This document shows, piece by piece, positions 41,583 through 53,470 of a stretch of 64,000 nt of DNA. The notes under the pieces were generated by a model. It had not been told where the DNA came from and ran no database searches. It was given only the letters and a program-made list of their open reading frames with translations. The stretch's first letter is position 1. Every line of letters starts with the position of its first letter. Position numbers and translations under genes: made by a program. This stretch comes from Octopus vulgaris (Eukaryota): positions 186,806,001 through 186,870,000 of the forward strand of contig OX597815.1 of NCBI GenBank assembly GCA_951406725.2. The letters run 5' to 3'.

Positions 41583-42352
41583 GATATGCATGCTAAATCT
41601 CTTAAAATGTACAACCGCCTACTCAATTCCGCATAATAGCGTACTCTGCATGAGCAAAAATGATACATTTAATAATGTTATATAAATGTAGAAATCTGCG
41701 GGCGAATATCAGAACCGTCTTAATGTAACCCTTCATGTAAGTATATTATTGCGCTAACACCAGGTACACAATCAATGCTAAAGCGTATTGAGCTATTGCA
41801 ATAAATGAAAGTAATTTCTCTCGTAAAGCCTCCGGCAGAATACTGCGCCAATTTGAAAATTTTATGAGAAAATTAAATAAAATATCAAAGAAAAACGTCC
41901 TGTCTTTGATCCTTGTACATAGATCCATACACAGAGAATTGGAAATCAATTGTCTTTCCTTGAGGAATCAATAACCATTACATCAGTGTAACATACCTTT
42001 ATCTATTCTTGTAACATAATGCAAAGATAATAGGTTTTATCCGTTCTCAATGTTGCACGACTCCAATATCTTCTTTCCATTCTAAATATAGTTGACGAAA
42101 GCTTATTCGATGTTATTACTTATTAGGTTCTTCTTCGCTGAGGAAAAGAGAAATATCCATTCCCTTTACGAGTTTGCATATGATATTCGCATTTTAGATT
42201 TAATGCACATCTGTGTGCGCATGCGTGTGTGTGTGTGTGTCAAATATCTCTCCACGCACCTGTAAATTGCTGATTCATACGTACGAATCTCGTTCAAATT
42301 ATGTGTGTAATGGTTTTTTATGGATAATGATGTTTGTGACTTAACTCTTATT

Positions 42353-42880
<528 letters not shown>

Positions 42881-43326
42881 ATACACACATACGATTATGT
42901 TTCTGTGTCTGTCTGCAGTGTGTGTGTGTACAGTGAGTGTATATGTATGTATTTGTATTTTCATTTCGAAACAATGCTCATCCCCATAGATGGAAAAATT
43001 TAATAAGTGTGATTCAGTTTACAAGCGAAAATCAATTTGCCGACGGACAAACAACGAATTACGAAAGTCTAAGCTTAATACGTCGTTGCTCCATTTAGTG
43101 ACATAGTCATATGATTCGTAAATGCTCACCATAACAATTTCACATACGATATTAACGGTCCTTCGTGGAAAGGATTTGTCAGGATGAGAGCTTTCGATAT
43201 AAACACTGTTGACTATTCTAGGATTGGAGCGAAAGTTACCCGCACTGATCAGTGTATTGGTGGACAGAAAGAATATGATCTCCCAGTACAAGCCTAGGAG
43301 ATCGTGTTCTTTTATAAAATTTTTTT

Positions 43327-43529
43327 ATTCTTTTATTTGTTTCAGTCATTTGACTGCGACCATGCTGGAGCACCGCCTGTAGTCGAGCAAATCAACCCCA
43401 GGACTTATTCTTTGTAAGCCTAGTACTTATTCTATCGGTCTCTCTGCCGAACCGCTAAGTGACGGGGACGTAAGCACACCAGCATCGATTGTCAAGCGAT
43501 GTTGGGGGGACAAACACAAACACACACAT

Positions 43530-43572
<43 letters not shown>

Positions 43573-43738
43573 CACGACGGGCTTCTTTCAGTTTCCGTTT
43601 ATCAAATCCACTCACAAGGCTTTGGTTGGCCCGAGGCTATAGTAGAAGACACTTGCCCATGGTGCCACGCAGTGGGACTGAACCCGGAACCATGTGGTTC
43701 GTTAGCAAGCTACTTACCACACAGCCACTCCTTCGCCT
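43327..43738 (-). mobile_element. SINE-A, full length
   Basis: Colinear with other copies. Confidence 0.93.
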
Positions 43739-43819
43739 GTGTATCCATTATATGTAAAGAAATGAACGTATATACATAAACATATACATATATAAAGAGC
43801 TGTCACGTATCTTTTATTT

Positions 43820-44020
43820 TATCTTTTACTTGTTTCATTGTCATTGGACTGAAGCCATGCTGGGGCACCGTCTTGAAATGCTTTGTCGAAGAAATCGTTT
43901 TAAGTCTTGCACAATTTCATCGGTTTCTTTTCCTGAACCGCTATGTCACGGGTACGTAATCAAACCAGCACCTGTTGTTTCGGGATAGCAGAGAAACACA
44001 AAACACAGACGCATACATAT
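43820..44020 (-). mobile_element. Old SINE-A 3' half
   Basis: Diverged TCTTTTACTTGTTTCA..GCCATGCTGGGGCACCG..GAACCGCTA. Confidence 0.7.
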
Positions 44021-44029
44021 ACATCTACA

Positions 44030-44541
44030 GAGTAGCAGACTGGCCAGATTGTCAGATTGCCCAATAGCAAGTAGGCCCCTGCGCCATTAGAATCCATATA
44101 TGGGGACTCATGTTAATATCTAAGGGGCCCATCTCCTCAAGCTTGAGAATTTTTAATTCACTTCTGGAAGAATGCATTATTTCAGCCTGGCTGTGTTTGT
44201 AGACAGTTGAAAAGAATACTTTTAACAAAAGAAAAATTAAATGTATTTCTTTACTACCCACAAGGGGCTAAACACAGAGGGGACAAACAAGGACAGACAA
44301 ACGGATCAAGTCGATTATATCGACCCCAGTGCGTAACTGGTACTTAATTTATCGACCCCGAAAGGATGAAAGGCAAAGTCGACCTCGGCGGAATTTGAAC
44401 TCAGAACGTAACGGCAGATGAAATACGGCTACGCATTTCGCCTGGTGTGCTAACGTTTCTGCCAGCTCGGACACCCTTGTAGTTGCTCGGACCCCCCTTA
44501 GTCTCCAGGCAACCAATATTTTTAGACCCAGTCTGCCACTG
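44030..44541. mobile_element. hAT-type MITE with 8-bp TSD, interrupted by SINE-B
   Basis: CATCTACA on both flanks; imperfect 15-bp TIRs GAGTAGCAGACTGGC / CCCAGTCTGCCACTG. Confidence 0.75.
44244..44468 (-). mobile_element. SINE-B monomer (B1)
   Basis: Colinear with 29774 and 58613. Confidence 0.92.
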
Positions 44542-44689
44542 CATCTACAGATTTACAATAGTCACACAAATTCCCGACAGATAACAATGTGCCGGTTTAA
44601 AAATACAGGAAAGGCGTGTGGTTTAAAAAATATAATTTGATACGGACAATGGAGTGTCTTGTCGAAAAAATAATGTTGTTGTTATTATT

Positions 44690-44703
44690 AGTAGTAGTAG
44701 TAC

Positions 44704-44762
<59 letters not shown>

Positions 44763-44832
44763 TTCAGTTCACTGCCTGGAATCGAACTCGGAAACTTGGG
44801 GGTTAGTAGCCCGAGCTTTTAACCACTACACT
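44690..44832 (-). mobile_element. Short tRNA-like SINE head with (TAC)n tail
   Basis: Minus strand TAGTGTAGTGGTTAA...GAGTTCGATTCC (A and B boxes), then (TAC)n at 44690-44762. Confidence 0.65.
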
Positions 44833-44844
44833 ATAACATCTAAA

Positions 44845-44992
44845 AAATACCTTAGGAATGAGAACCCAGGTTGGAAATTTCCCCAGGACACCTGATGAAG
44901 GCTGTTATGTTAACAACAAACAAGATGAGGGCAAATATCTGTCAAATGTAAATAATGTACATAATTCCTCATCTCTTAAATACAGAACTGTA
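44845..44992 (+). mobile_element. Short repeat with 5' half of a minimal hammerhead motif
   Basis: GACAC-CTGATGA-A-GGCTG; same family as 12288-12430. Confidence 0.65.
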
Positions 44993-45059
44993 TGAAAAAA
45001 TAATTCTTTTTAAATAGAATATAATTGCAAAGGAAGAACACAAGAAACTATGAAAATTC

Positions 45060-45898
45060 TAACGTTATCGCCAAAACGACACAACAGCCATAGCTGACGC
45101 TACACTTGAGAGAATACAAATTAAAATAGGAATGCTGTTGTCAAAACCAAAAGCAAGTGCAAAAAGATCGAGCTCTTGGAATATTTTCAGGAAGCATGCA
45201 ACTTGACAACTGATAAAAGGAAAGATTTCAAAAGGCGGATAACCCTAAGAATCAATATATTTCAGAGAAGCGAATAAAAAGTTCTTTAGAATTCTTCATC
45301 CATTACACAATAGGAAATTGGAAAGCAAAGTAAATTCATTCTGAAAACGAACGGTAAATCTCTCGCTCAAACGCAACAAGAAGCTCACTGAAATACGGTC
45401 AGGCTGACGTTTGTATTGCCTTACACGTTCCTTAAAGTGAGCTGTGCTGGATTGCTTCAAAAATCCGATATACACGGACTTGTTAAAAAAATCTTTGTAG
45501 GCATATATAACAGCAAGTAAAATTTCCGTAATCATCAGCACGTTCACACATGGAGATATTGTCAATCTGTCTTCGTACAGTATACTATTCCTTTGACCAA
45601 GTAATTGACAGTGATACACAGTTAACAGTGCATATAATCATATGTAAGAAGGTGAATATTATTATCTGAGAGCTTTTTTAACATTTAAGTGTTAAAGAGG
45701 AGTAGTAAAAGTTTCACAAGAACCGCTAACTTTTTATGTAATTCGGTTGAAGATCTTACGATAGCCAAGTCCCTAAAGAACTTCCGTGAGACGAAACTGG
45801 ATTATCTTATGCTAAACATTATATGAAAATTGAAACTTGGATTAAACCATACAATTTTCCTGGTTCTACTTCTCTTCCTATTTATAGTCCATCTAGAA
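45060..45898 (-). pseudogene. Decayed Penelope-like element: linker and GIY-YIG endonuclease
   Basis: RKRSRTRKIVWFNPSF (PLE RK.IWFNPP motif), then VIY-x10-YIG..FKER in ORF 45296-45619; stops and frameshifts present. Confidence 0.75.
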
Positions 45899-45899
<1 letters not shown>

Positions 45900-45930
<31 letters not shown>

Positions 45931-46033
45931 AGGCTTACAAAGAATAAGTCCTGGGGTCGATTTGCTCGACTGAAGGCGATGCTTCAGCATGGACACAGTC
46001 AAATGACTGAAACAACTAAAAGAATAAAAGAAT
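45900..46033 (+). mobile_element. SINE-A 3' fragment
   Basis: AGGCTTACAAAGAATAAGTCCTGGGGTCG..GACTGAAAC. Confidence 0.85.
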
Positions 46034-47504
46034 ACTGAAATTGAATACTAAATTATGTTTGGAAGATGGTTGGAGTATTTGCTAATAGAGAAGGCTTTCT
46101 CATTTGACTTTTAGTAAGTACTACATTTAATAGTTTCTCAAAGTCCAGTTTCCATCTTAAGCCCATACCACTGAAAAATATGAAAAACATTGATATCTAA
46201 CTGAATGAACTTACTGCTGTTATTAAACCATTTGATAAACGATGTATGATTGTCGCATATAAGAGGGACTATGGAGATTTCCTTTTTCCTTTATGCAAAA
46301 TCGTATATAATATACGTGTACCAAGTACTCTTACTTGTTCTGTCGGGCTTAATAAATCTATATTTAAAGCAATTACGTTAGCAATGAACTAGAAGAATGA
46401 GTACTCAATCCCAGAAGAGTGGATAAACAATTCTTTATAATAGAATTTTTTTTTTACTTCTCTTATTGAAAAATGCTGATCTTTACCAGTAGGAAACCTT
46501 TGATATCAGAGGCGTAACGAAATTACAGTAACACACACACATATATATATTGTATTATATGTGTTTATGTTTATATGCGTATAAACATACAAATGCAAAC
46601 ATGTAGGAAAAATAAGATGGACGAATAAATTCAAAACGTTGGCCTATGCGTTCAGCAAGAAATACTCCATTCTTTTTTTCAGAACGAATTTACTTTGAAT
46701 CAGAATTACTGAATTCTTGCAGACACGCATCAGTGCTCTTGCTAGTTTGCCGACTTTTTACTTCCTAATGGATTAAGTACTTTAAGGTACTTTTTTAAAA
46801 CTATTCACTGAAATGTATTGAATCTTGACGTTACTAGTCTTTTCAACTGTTCTTTTTCATGTGTTGTTATGTTGCCTGATTCCTGGCTGTTTTTCAGTGC
46901 TTCTAACTCGATAAATCTTTAGGCTTGTATTTGTTTTTCTGGACGAATGTTTCACTTAACTCGCATTCTGTCCGAATTCTACTGTGTTTTGTAACATTTT
47001 AGGCTTTTTTCTAATTCCATTAACTCCCGGTTCAGTAAAACTCAATTTTATATTTTTTTCATCCAATACGGTTTCTTCAAATGTGATATCAGTCGTTTCC
47101 GTTGCATCGGTTAACCACGACGTTACATTTCACATCATTTCTGTTCCCCTCTGCTATTGTGTTTGTATTTTTTAAAAATTGCTTTATTTCATAAAAGACA
47201 ATTTTAGATAACTTAATGCTAAATCACATTTTATATTTACATCCAAAGTTTGCTTCTCTTCTGTATCAAACTCTTATTTAATACAGTTAGATACAGCCGT
47301 TTCCTTTTGTTTCGATTTTTTTTTTTAATTCTTTGTGGACCTTCAAAATTTATTTGTAAAAGTGTCTGTATGCGTGTGTTTCTGTACGTATATGCATAAA
47401 TTTTATGGATATATACCTACTTATATATGTGAGTATTTGTATATTTCTACGTAATTTTAGATATACGTGTGTATGTGTATAAATGTATGCATGTATGTAT
47501 GCAT

Positions 47505-47978
47505 GACATTGTTCAGTTTTATTTCAAGATTTCTTACCAATAGAGAAAGAACTGGTTTCTAACCTAGATTCAAGGCTCCTTCGTTGGAATTTCAACATCA
47601 ACAACAGGGTATTTTTGTTTGTATGTATGTACGTATGTATCTATGCATAAGTGCAGATTTGTATATTTTGCTTTATGTATGTATTCTCATGCATATAGCT
47701 GCATATCTAAACATGCTCATATATATTTAAATGATAAATTTCAAGTAGGTCTTACAGATTTTTACAGCTTCAGAAATGGATTTGATCTGTAGTCTTCGAA
47801 TTAGCTGTCTCGTTTCTGGTTTTGAGAAGCCTAATATCTCAAGATTGGTATTTAGGCAGTGTGTTACAAATCCCAGGACCCCAATAATTACAGGTATAAA
47901 CCTGAACTTGTGATCTGGATAGAGCAACTGCAGATTTTTCAATAGTTCAGCGTAGATATTCTCTTTTTCACTGATCTT
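47505..47978 (-). mobile_element. 5'-truncated R4/Dong-like non-LTR retrotransposon (RLE C-terminus + 3' UTR) in a (CATA)n tract
   Basis: KISEKENIYAELLKNLQLLYPDHKFRFIPVIIGVLG...KTYLKFII*; the K..KY..L...IPVIIG.LG pattern of RLE endonucleases; UTR ends AATAAAACTGAACAATGT then CATA-type repeats. Confidence 0.82.
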
Positions 47979-48383
47979 ATGTATGTATGTATGTATGTAT
48001 GTATGTATGTATGTATGTATGTATGTATGCATGCATGTATGTATGCATGCATGCATGTATGTATGTACGTATGTGTGTATAAATAAATATTGTGTAAAAT
48101 GTCATTGGATAAGTATGCAGACGTACGGATTAATTTGAATGACGACGGTACAGTACAGAAATTGCATCAAAAGCATTGTATGTCGAAGTAACGAGCATCA
48201 TAAAGTAATGGTAAACTATTTGTTATGTGTCTGGAGCCATCATAAAACTCGAAACCTGTAGGATGTATATAAAACCTTCAGAGAGCCTGAATGTGTCATA
48301 CAATGCTCTAGCGTCAATTAAGCAATGAATATAAAATTGAATTATAAGCAAGCGCTGTTGTAGCTGTGTAATAACAAGTTAGC

Positions 48384-48803
48384 AGGTGCAGGTGAGGCTA
48401 TGTTGTAAGAAGTCAGCTCCTCAGCCACAAGTTTCCGGGTTCAATTCCACAGTGCCAGAGCATGTGCACTCTGGGCAAATATCTTGTGCTACAGCGTCGA
48501 ACTGATCAAAGCCTTTTGAGTGGATTTGGTACACAGAAACTGAAAGAAGCCCGTCGCGCGTGCGTGTGTGTGTGTGTGTGTGCCTTTTGTGTCTGTGCTT
48601 TGTACTCCACCACCGCTTGACAACCGGTATTGGTGTGTTTACGTCCGTGTAACCTAGGGGTTCACCAAAAAGAGAACACTGGTATAAGTACCACGCTTTA
48701 AAAAAGAATGAGTGCAGATGTCGATTCGTTCGGCTAAAATTCTTCAAGGCGGTTCCCCAGCATGGCCGTAGTCTAATGATTCAAACAAACAAAAGATAAA
48801 ATA
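48384..48803 (+). mobile_element. Diverged SINE-A
   Basis: Colinear but more mutated. Confidence 0.85.
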
Positions 48804-48895
48804 AAGTTCCGATCAAATATCGAGATCGATGATATCGACTAATCCCCTCCTCTTGAAATTACCGGCCCTATACCTAAATTTAAAAAAACATTATA

Positions 48896-49290
48896 AACAA
48901 GAGCACTCAGAGAGCGCAAACCTCAACGTCCTCTCAATAATTAGCCAGAGGCAACATCAACGTCCTCTCAATAATTAGCCAGAGGTGATTTTTAACACGA
49001 GAATATCTGAAATAAACTCGACTGCTCTCACAAACGAGAATACTAAAAATGAACCCGACCGCTCTCAAAAATTAAGTAAAAAAATAATCAGGAAAATAAT
49101 CCAGAATCTTTGTCCGGTACCGAATAGATCCCAAAATCTAATCAGTTCGTGCCAGTCACGGGGCGAAGCATCCCTGAAAGTTTCATCCGAATCCATTCGG
49201 CGGTTCTTGAGATATCTTGTCCACGGACAAACAAATAAACAAACACGACTGAAAACAATATCTCCACCTTCGCGAAGGCGGAGCTAATAA
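48896..49290 (-). mobile_element. Helentron-type non-autonomous element (HINE/DINE-like), copy 1
   Basis: Minus strand: 5' palindrome CTCCGCCTTCGCGAAGGTGGAG, GTTT-type short repeats, 3' hairpin GCGCTCTCTGAGTGC before T-rich end. Confidence 0.75.
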
Positions 49291-49296
49291 TATTAA

Positions 49297-49628
49297 CAAC
49301 AAGAGCACTCAGAGAGCGCAAACTTCAGCCAAAGCAACACCGACGTCCTCTCAGCGATTAGCCAAAGATGATTTTTAAAACGAGAATATCTGAAAGAAAC
49401 TCGACTGGTCTCACAAACGAGAATACTAAAAATGAATCCGACCTCTCTCAAAAATTACGTTTTAAAAATCAGAATCTTTGTCCGGTACCGAATCGATCCC
49501 AAAATCGAATCAGTCCGTGCCAGTCACGAGGCCAAACATCCATGAAAGTTTCATCCAAATCCATTCAGCAGTTCTTGAGATATCTTGTCTATGGACAACA
49601 ACCAAACCTCCGCTATGGCGGAGGTAAC
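49297..49628 (-). mobile_element. Helentron-type element, copy 2 (head-to-tail with copy 1)
   Basis: Same layout; ACCTCCGC-TATG-GCGGAGGT palindrome at the end. Confidence 0.75.
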
Positions 49629-49704
49629 GAAGGGTGTTGAATTGACAGAATTGTTTGGTTCGAAAAAAGAAATTCCGGAAGTTCTTTAATAATGCCCCTT
49701 CATA

Positions 49705-49896
49705 TTGGTTTTAAATTTTGGAAAATGGCCAGCATTAGGGGTCGATTAAATCAACCCCAATGCTCAACTGGTACTTATTTTATAGACCACAAAAGGCAAA
49801 GTCGACCTTGGTTGCATTTGAACTCTGAACATAAAGACGGACAAAATACCGCCAAGCATTTTCCCAACATGCTAACCACTCTGCCAGCTCGCCGCC
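49705..49896 (-). mobile_element. Older SINE-B
   Basis: Core AAAGGCAAAGTCGACCTTGG and head CTGCCAGCTCGCCGCC. Confidence 0.8.
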
Positions 49897-50718
49897 CTCG
49901 TGCACCTTTATATTCTAGGTTTAGATTACATCAAGATCAGCCTTGCCTTTCAGCCTTTCTTGATCGATAAATTAGTGCATCATTCAAATACTGGAGTTGA
50001 GATAATCGATAACACACTTCTCCAAAATGTGTGGCTTTCACCCGACGTTGATAATTAATATCAGGAAGGAATTTGCCGCAAAGACTTACCATGTAAATTA
50101 AAACTGGATGTTATATAAAGTTCCAGTTAGAGGACCACTTCTAACGTCTAATATCACTTAATATCGTTGTTGTGGCTGTTATTGTTGTTGATGATGATGA
50201 TGATGATGATGAAGAAGAAGACGGTGTTGGTGGCGGCGACGACGACGACACGGACGATGGTATTAAGATATGAATATTTTAATATATTTATGGAAAAAAA
50301 AACTAAAATTTCTAAACTTATTTCAGAATAAGTTTCAGTCGCTATCTTTCGACAGAGTACTACACTCCATTACTTAGTATTAAACAGTAAATAATTCCTT
50401 TTCATATGAATAATTCATAGACTGTTTTTTGAATGAATGAATTTAATAAAAAAGAACAGTTTAGAATGGAACGACGGTTCACTGGCGATTTATTCTGAAA
50501 TAATCTATTCCTAGCTGCTTAACGATTTTCTTTTTTAACATACGGAAAAATTACTATTGATTATGTGATATACCTAACAAAGCGAAGATAAATTTCTTAG
50601 CTACCGGACATAATATCCAATGGGGAAGTAAAGCGTGGCTGTTGCGTAGGTTCATCGATATCGTCATATGAATAATATTTTTAAAAATAGTACTTGTATC
50701 TCGATTCCTTGCATAGAA

Positions 50719-51102
50719 TCTCTATATATAAAGCTGAAGTTGTATGTGTATGGCAGGTTTGGTAGCCTTCAACTAACACTATCTCCTCCGAGACCCTGCA
50801 GCGCAAGTTGACCAAAATTGAGAGTATGATAGAAGAAGGCTTGCTTCCGTAGAAGAAAAAATTCAAATCGGACCATGTTAACACCAAAAATTATTTACAT
50901 CAAAAAGGTGGGGGGGTTCTATAAAAATCCCTATTTTTTTACGATTTTTTGACTGCTGTGTCACCATTTTTTGGTGTATTTCAACAAGAAAAATGTTCAC
51001 TTAAAGAGAATAACAAGCTATATAATGCAAATTTTTACTTTTCAAAAATTCCTATTCTAAAGGGTCGAAACAAACCCGAGCAACACCGGGCGATACTGCT
51101 AG
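50719..51102 (+). mobile_element. Non-autonomous Helitron, copy 4
   Basis: Same sequence and termini as copies 1-3. Confidence 0.9.
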
Positions 51103-51904
51103 TAACTGTAAAAAAAGTTTTTTTGAATAAATCAAAACTGGTCATAAAGTCACTGCCCATCTCTCTGTTTTACACTTATTATAGCAGTCACTACAGTCGC
51201 TGCTGTAATCACTATTATAACATTTGATGTAGTCAAATAATTTTATGGATTGAACACCGCTCTAAGGACCGCGCTAATTATTCACCAGACACGTAATCAC
51301 TAAAAGCTGCGAATAAAGCAGAATTTTAATTTCATTTTCAGATGTTACACTTGCTAGAATTCATTAGTTTCCATAACAATAATCGATCAATTGAAGATAT
51401 TGTAGCGTGTCTATAGCAACAATCTGATGTGGGTATAACATAATATGGTTCTATCAACTGGGCGGAGACGTCGGGATGAATGTAATGTTTTCTGATGTAA
51501 TAGAGTGATTAAAGTAAAGAAATACGTAGGAAACCTCTAATGGATTAACTGCTTCAGTTACAGCATTTTATCTGTCATAGGTTAAATTGACGGGTATGTC
51601 AGCTTGAACTATCGACCATCGACCGGATAGAAACATTTTGCTTTAACTGTTGTTCAGTCTTATAGACATGTGTCTTTATTCAACTATAAATGTGATTCTG
51701 TTTGAACATAGATCAAAAGTAGAACAATAGGAAAAATAATTAAGTTACATACTGGACGTGGCAGAAATAAAACGCTTATAACTAGCAAAAATGTCTAAAA
51801 CATACATTTCGGTTAAGAAGAAGGAAACGACATGGTCTACATACCGAAGATTTATATTTTTTTCCTGAAAAATTATTTTTTAATTCACCTAACCTATTAT
51901 TATG

Positions 51905-52430
51905 TGGAGACACATATGTGTTGGACTCATGATGGCAAGACTGTGATTTCCATTCCTGGACTAGTCGATGTGTCGGGATCTTTACCTTTTGACCGACAGA
52001 TTTAAAAAATAATTTTTTGTAACTAAACACTTTGAAACTTCGTATACGTTGACAAACAACGGCAGTAATTTTTATTCAGCTGAATACACATCATTGATTG
52101 GTTGAAATTACAGAAATATGACAACTTTAACAAGAAATAACTTCCAAAATACAGAATTTTCTCAACAACGCCAAGAGTAAAAGATGTTTTATGTGACACA
52201 TTCTACAAGTATACGAAGTTTCAAAGTGTTTAGTTACAAAAAGTCATTTTTTAAATCTTTCGGTCAAAAGGTAAAGATCCATGTGTTGTGTTCTTGAGCT
52301 AGACACTTCATTTCACATTACTCCAGTCTACTCGGCCGGCAAGAATGAGTAATCCTGCGGCGTCCCGTCCAGGGAGAAATATGTGCCCTAGAGAAACTGG
52401 ACCTATGCAACCTTACAGAGTAATGTGAAA
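51905..52430 (+). mobile_element. D-type SINE split by a MITE
   Basis: Head remnant before 51975; TTGTGTTCTTGAGC..GCGTCCCGTCCAGG resumes at 52281. Confidence 0.75.
51976..52280. mobile_element. MITE with ~70-bp TIRs and 8-bp TSD (Merlin- or MULE-like)
   Basis: GGATCTTTACCTTTTGACCGA..GAAACTTCGTATAC inverted at both ends; flanks ATGTGTCG / ATGTGTTG. Confidence 0.88.
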
Positions 52431-52864
52431 GAGCAAAGAATTATTATACTGAATTTAATTTAAATGTATGACTTATCTGAAGTTTGTTCAACATTTCATG
52501 CTTTATAAAATAAGAAGCCCTCAAGTACTAGAGGTCGATACAATCAGCTTTACAGATCGAACAAATCTGAGGGTTTTTTACCTCTTAAAAAATTAATATT
52601 TTAGGCTGCAGTGAAACATCAGGAACCACTGAGCACCTGGTAAAATTTTCCGAAGTGCCAAGGCACAGTCAATAGACATATGTAGTCCTAGGCTTCCTTT
52701 ACTTATAATCAACATACATCATCGAAAAGAAATCTTCAGTCTTAACAAACATTAAATCTTACAATTTCTGGTTATTTATCTTAATATCCGCTTATTTATA
52801 ATACTTTTATACTATAAGGTGGTCTATTTGGTGTCTGCATATCTATAACTGCCTTATAACCTTT

Positions 52865-53022
52865 GCTCTCTCGTAACAACTTCATATCCAGAAGTTGCCC
52901 ATTAATCCCAAACTCCAACAAAACCTTCCACAGTATGTCTCGCGGCACACGTTCATATGCCTTATCGAGGTCTACAAAGCAAAGGTACAGTTCTTGGCAA
53001 TATCCTCACGAGTTTTCGAAGA
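52865..53022 (-). pseudogene. RTE-like reverse transcriptase fragment, inverted 5' segment
   Basis: FVDLDKAYERVPRDILWKVLLEFGINGQLLDMKLLREQ. Confidence 0.85.
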
Positions 53023-53024
53023 CC

Positions 53025-53470
53025 TGCTCAGATGTTTTGTGTTCGGGAAAAACGGTGCTAAGATGAAAGCTTTTAACGTGGATGATCGATTTTGACAGGG
53101 GTACGTACTGTCACCTCTCCTTTTCATAACTTTTATGAACTGGATTGACATGCGCAACCGCAATGGAAGTGGCATCATAATCGGTTGGTGTAGGATCGGT
53201 GGTATGATATTTGCTGATATGTTGCTACATGGATCATCAAAAGGAGATCTTTAGCATGCCAAAGGATTCGCTGCCAAGTGCTGCAAGGCAGGGATGAGAA
53301 TTAGTGTTGCGAAGACTGAGACATTGATTCCTCCCAAGAAAGTCTTCCAATGCAGTCTGCGTGTTAGTGGAACAGAAGTATTCACGAACGATCGGAAGCA
53401 AGAAACTGAATTGGATAAAAGAATTGCAGGCGCTTGCACGGTAATATGTCCCCTTCTTCGCATATTGCTC
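53025..53470 (+). pseudogene. RTE-like reverse transcriptase fragment, forward segment
   Basis: NGAKMKAFNVDDRF*QGYVLSPLLFITFM...MIFAD..GDL*...GMRISVAKTE..ELDKRIAGA. Confidence 0.85.

Noticed and set aside
46690-47200. Purine-rich minus-strand stretch that looks coding
   Set aside because: Multiple stops and no motif I recognise; possibly a decayed element.
50165-50262. GAT/GAA/GGC/GAC run resembling an acidic coding exon
   Set aside because: Mixed trinucleotide low complexity with no convincing splice sites or extended frame.
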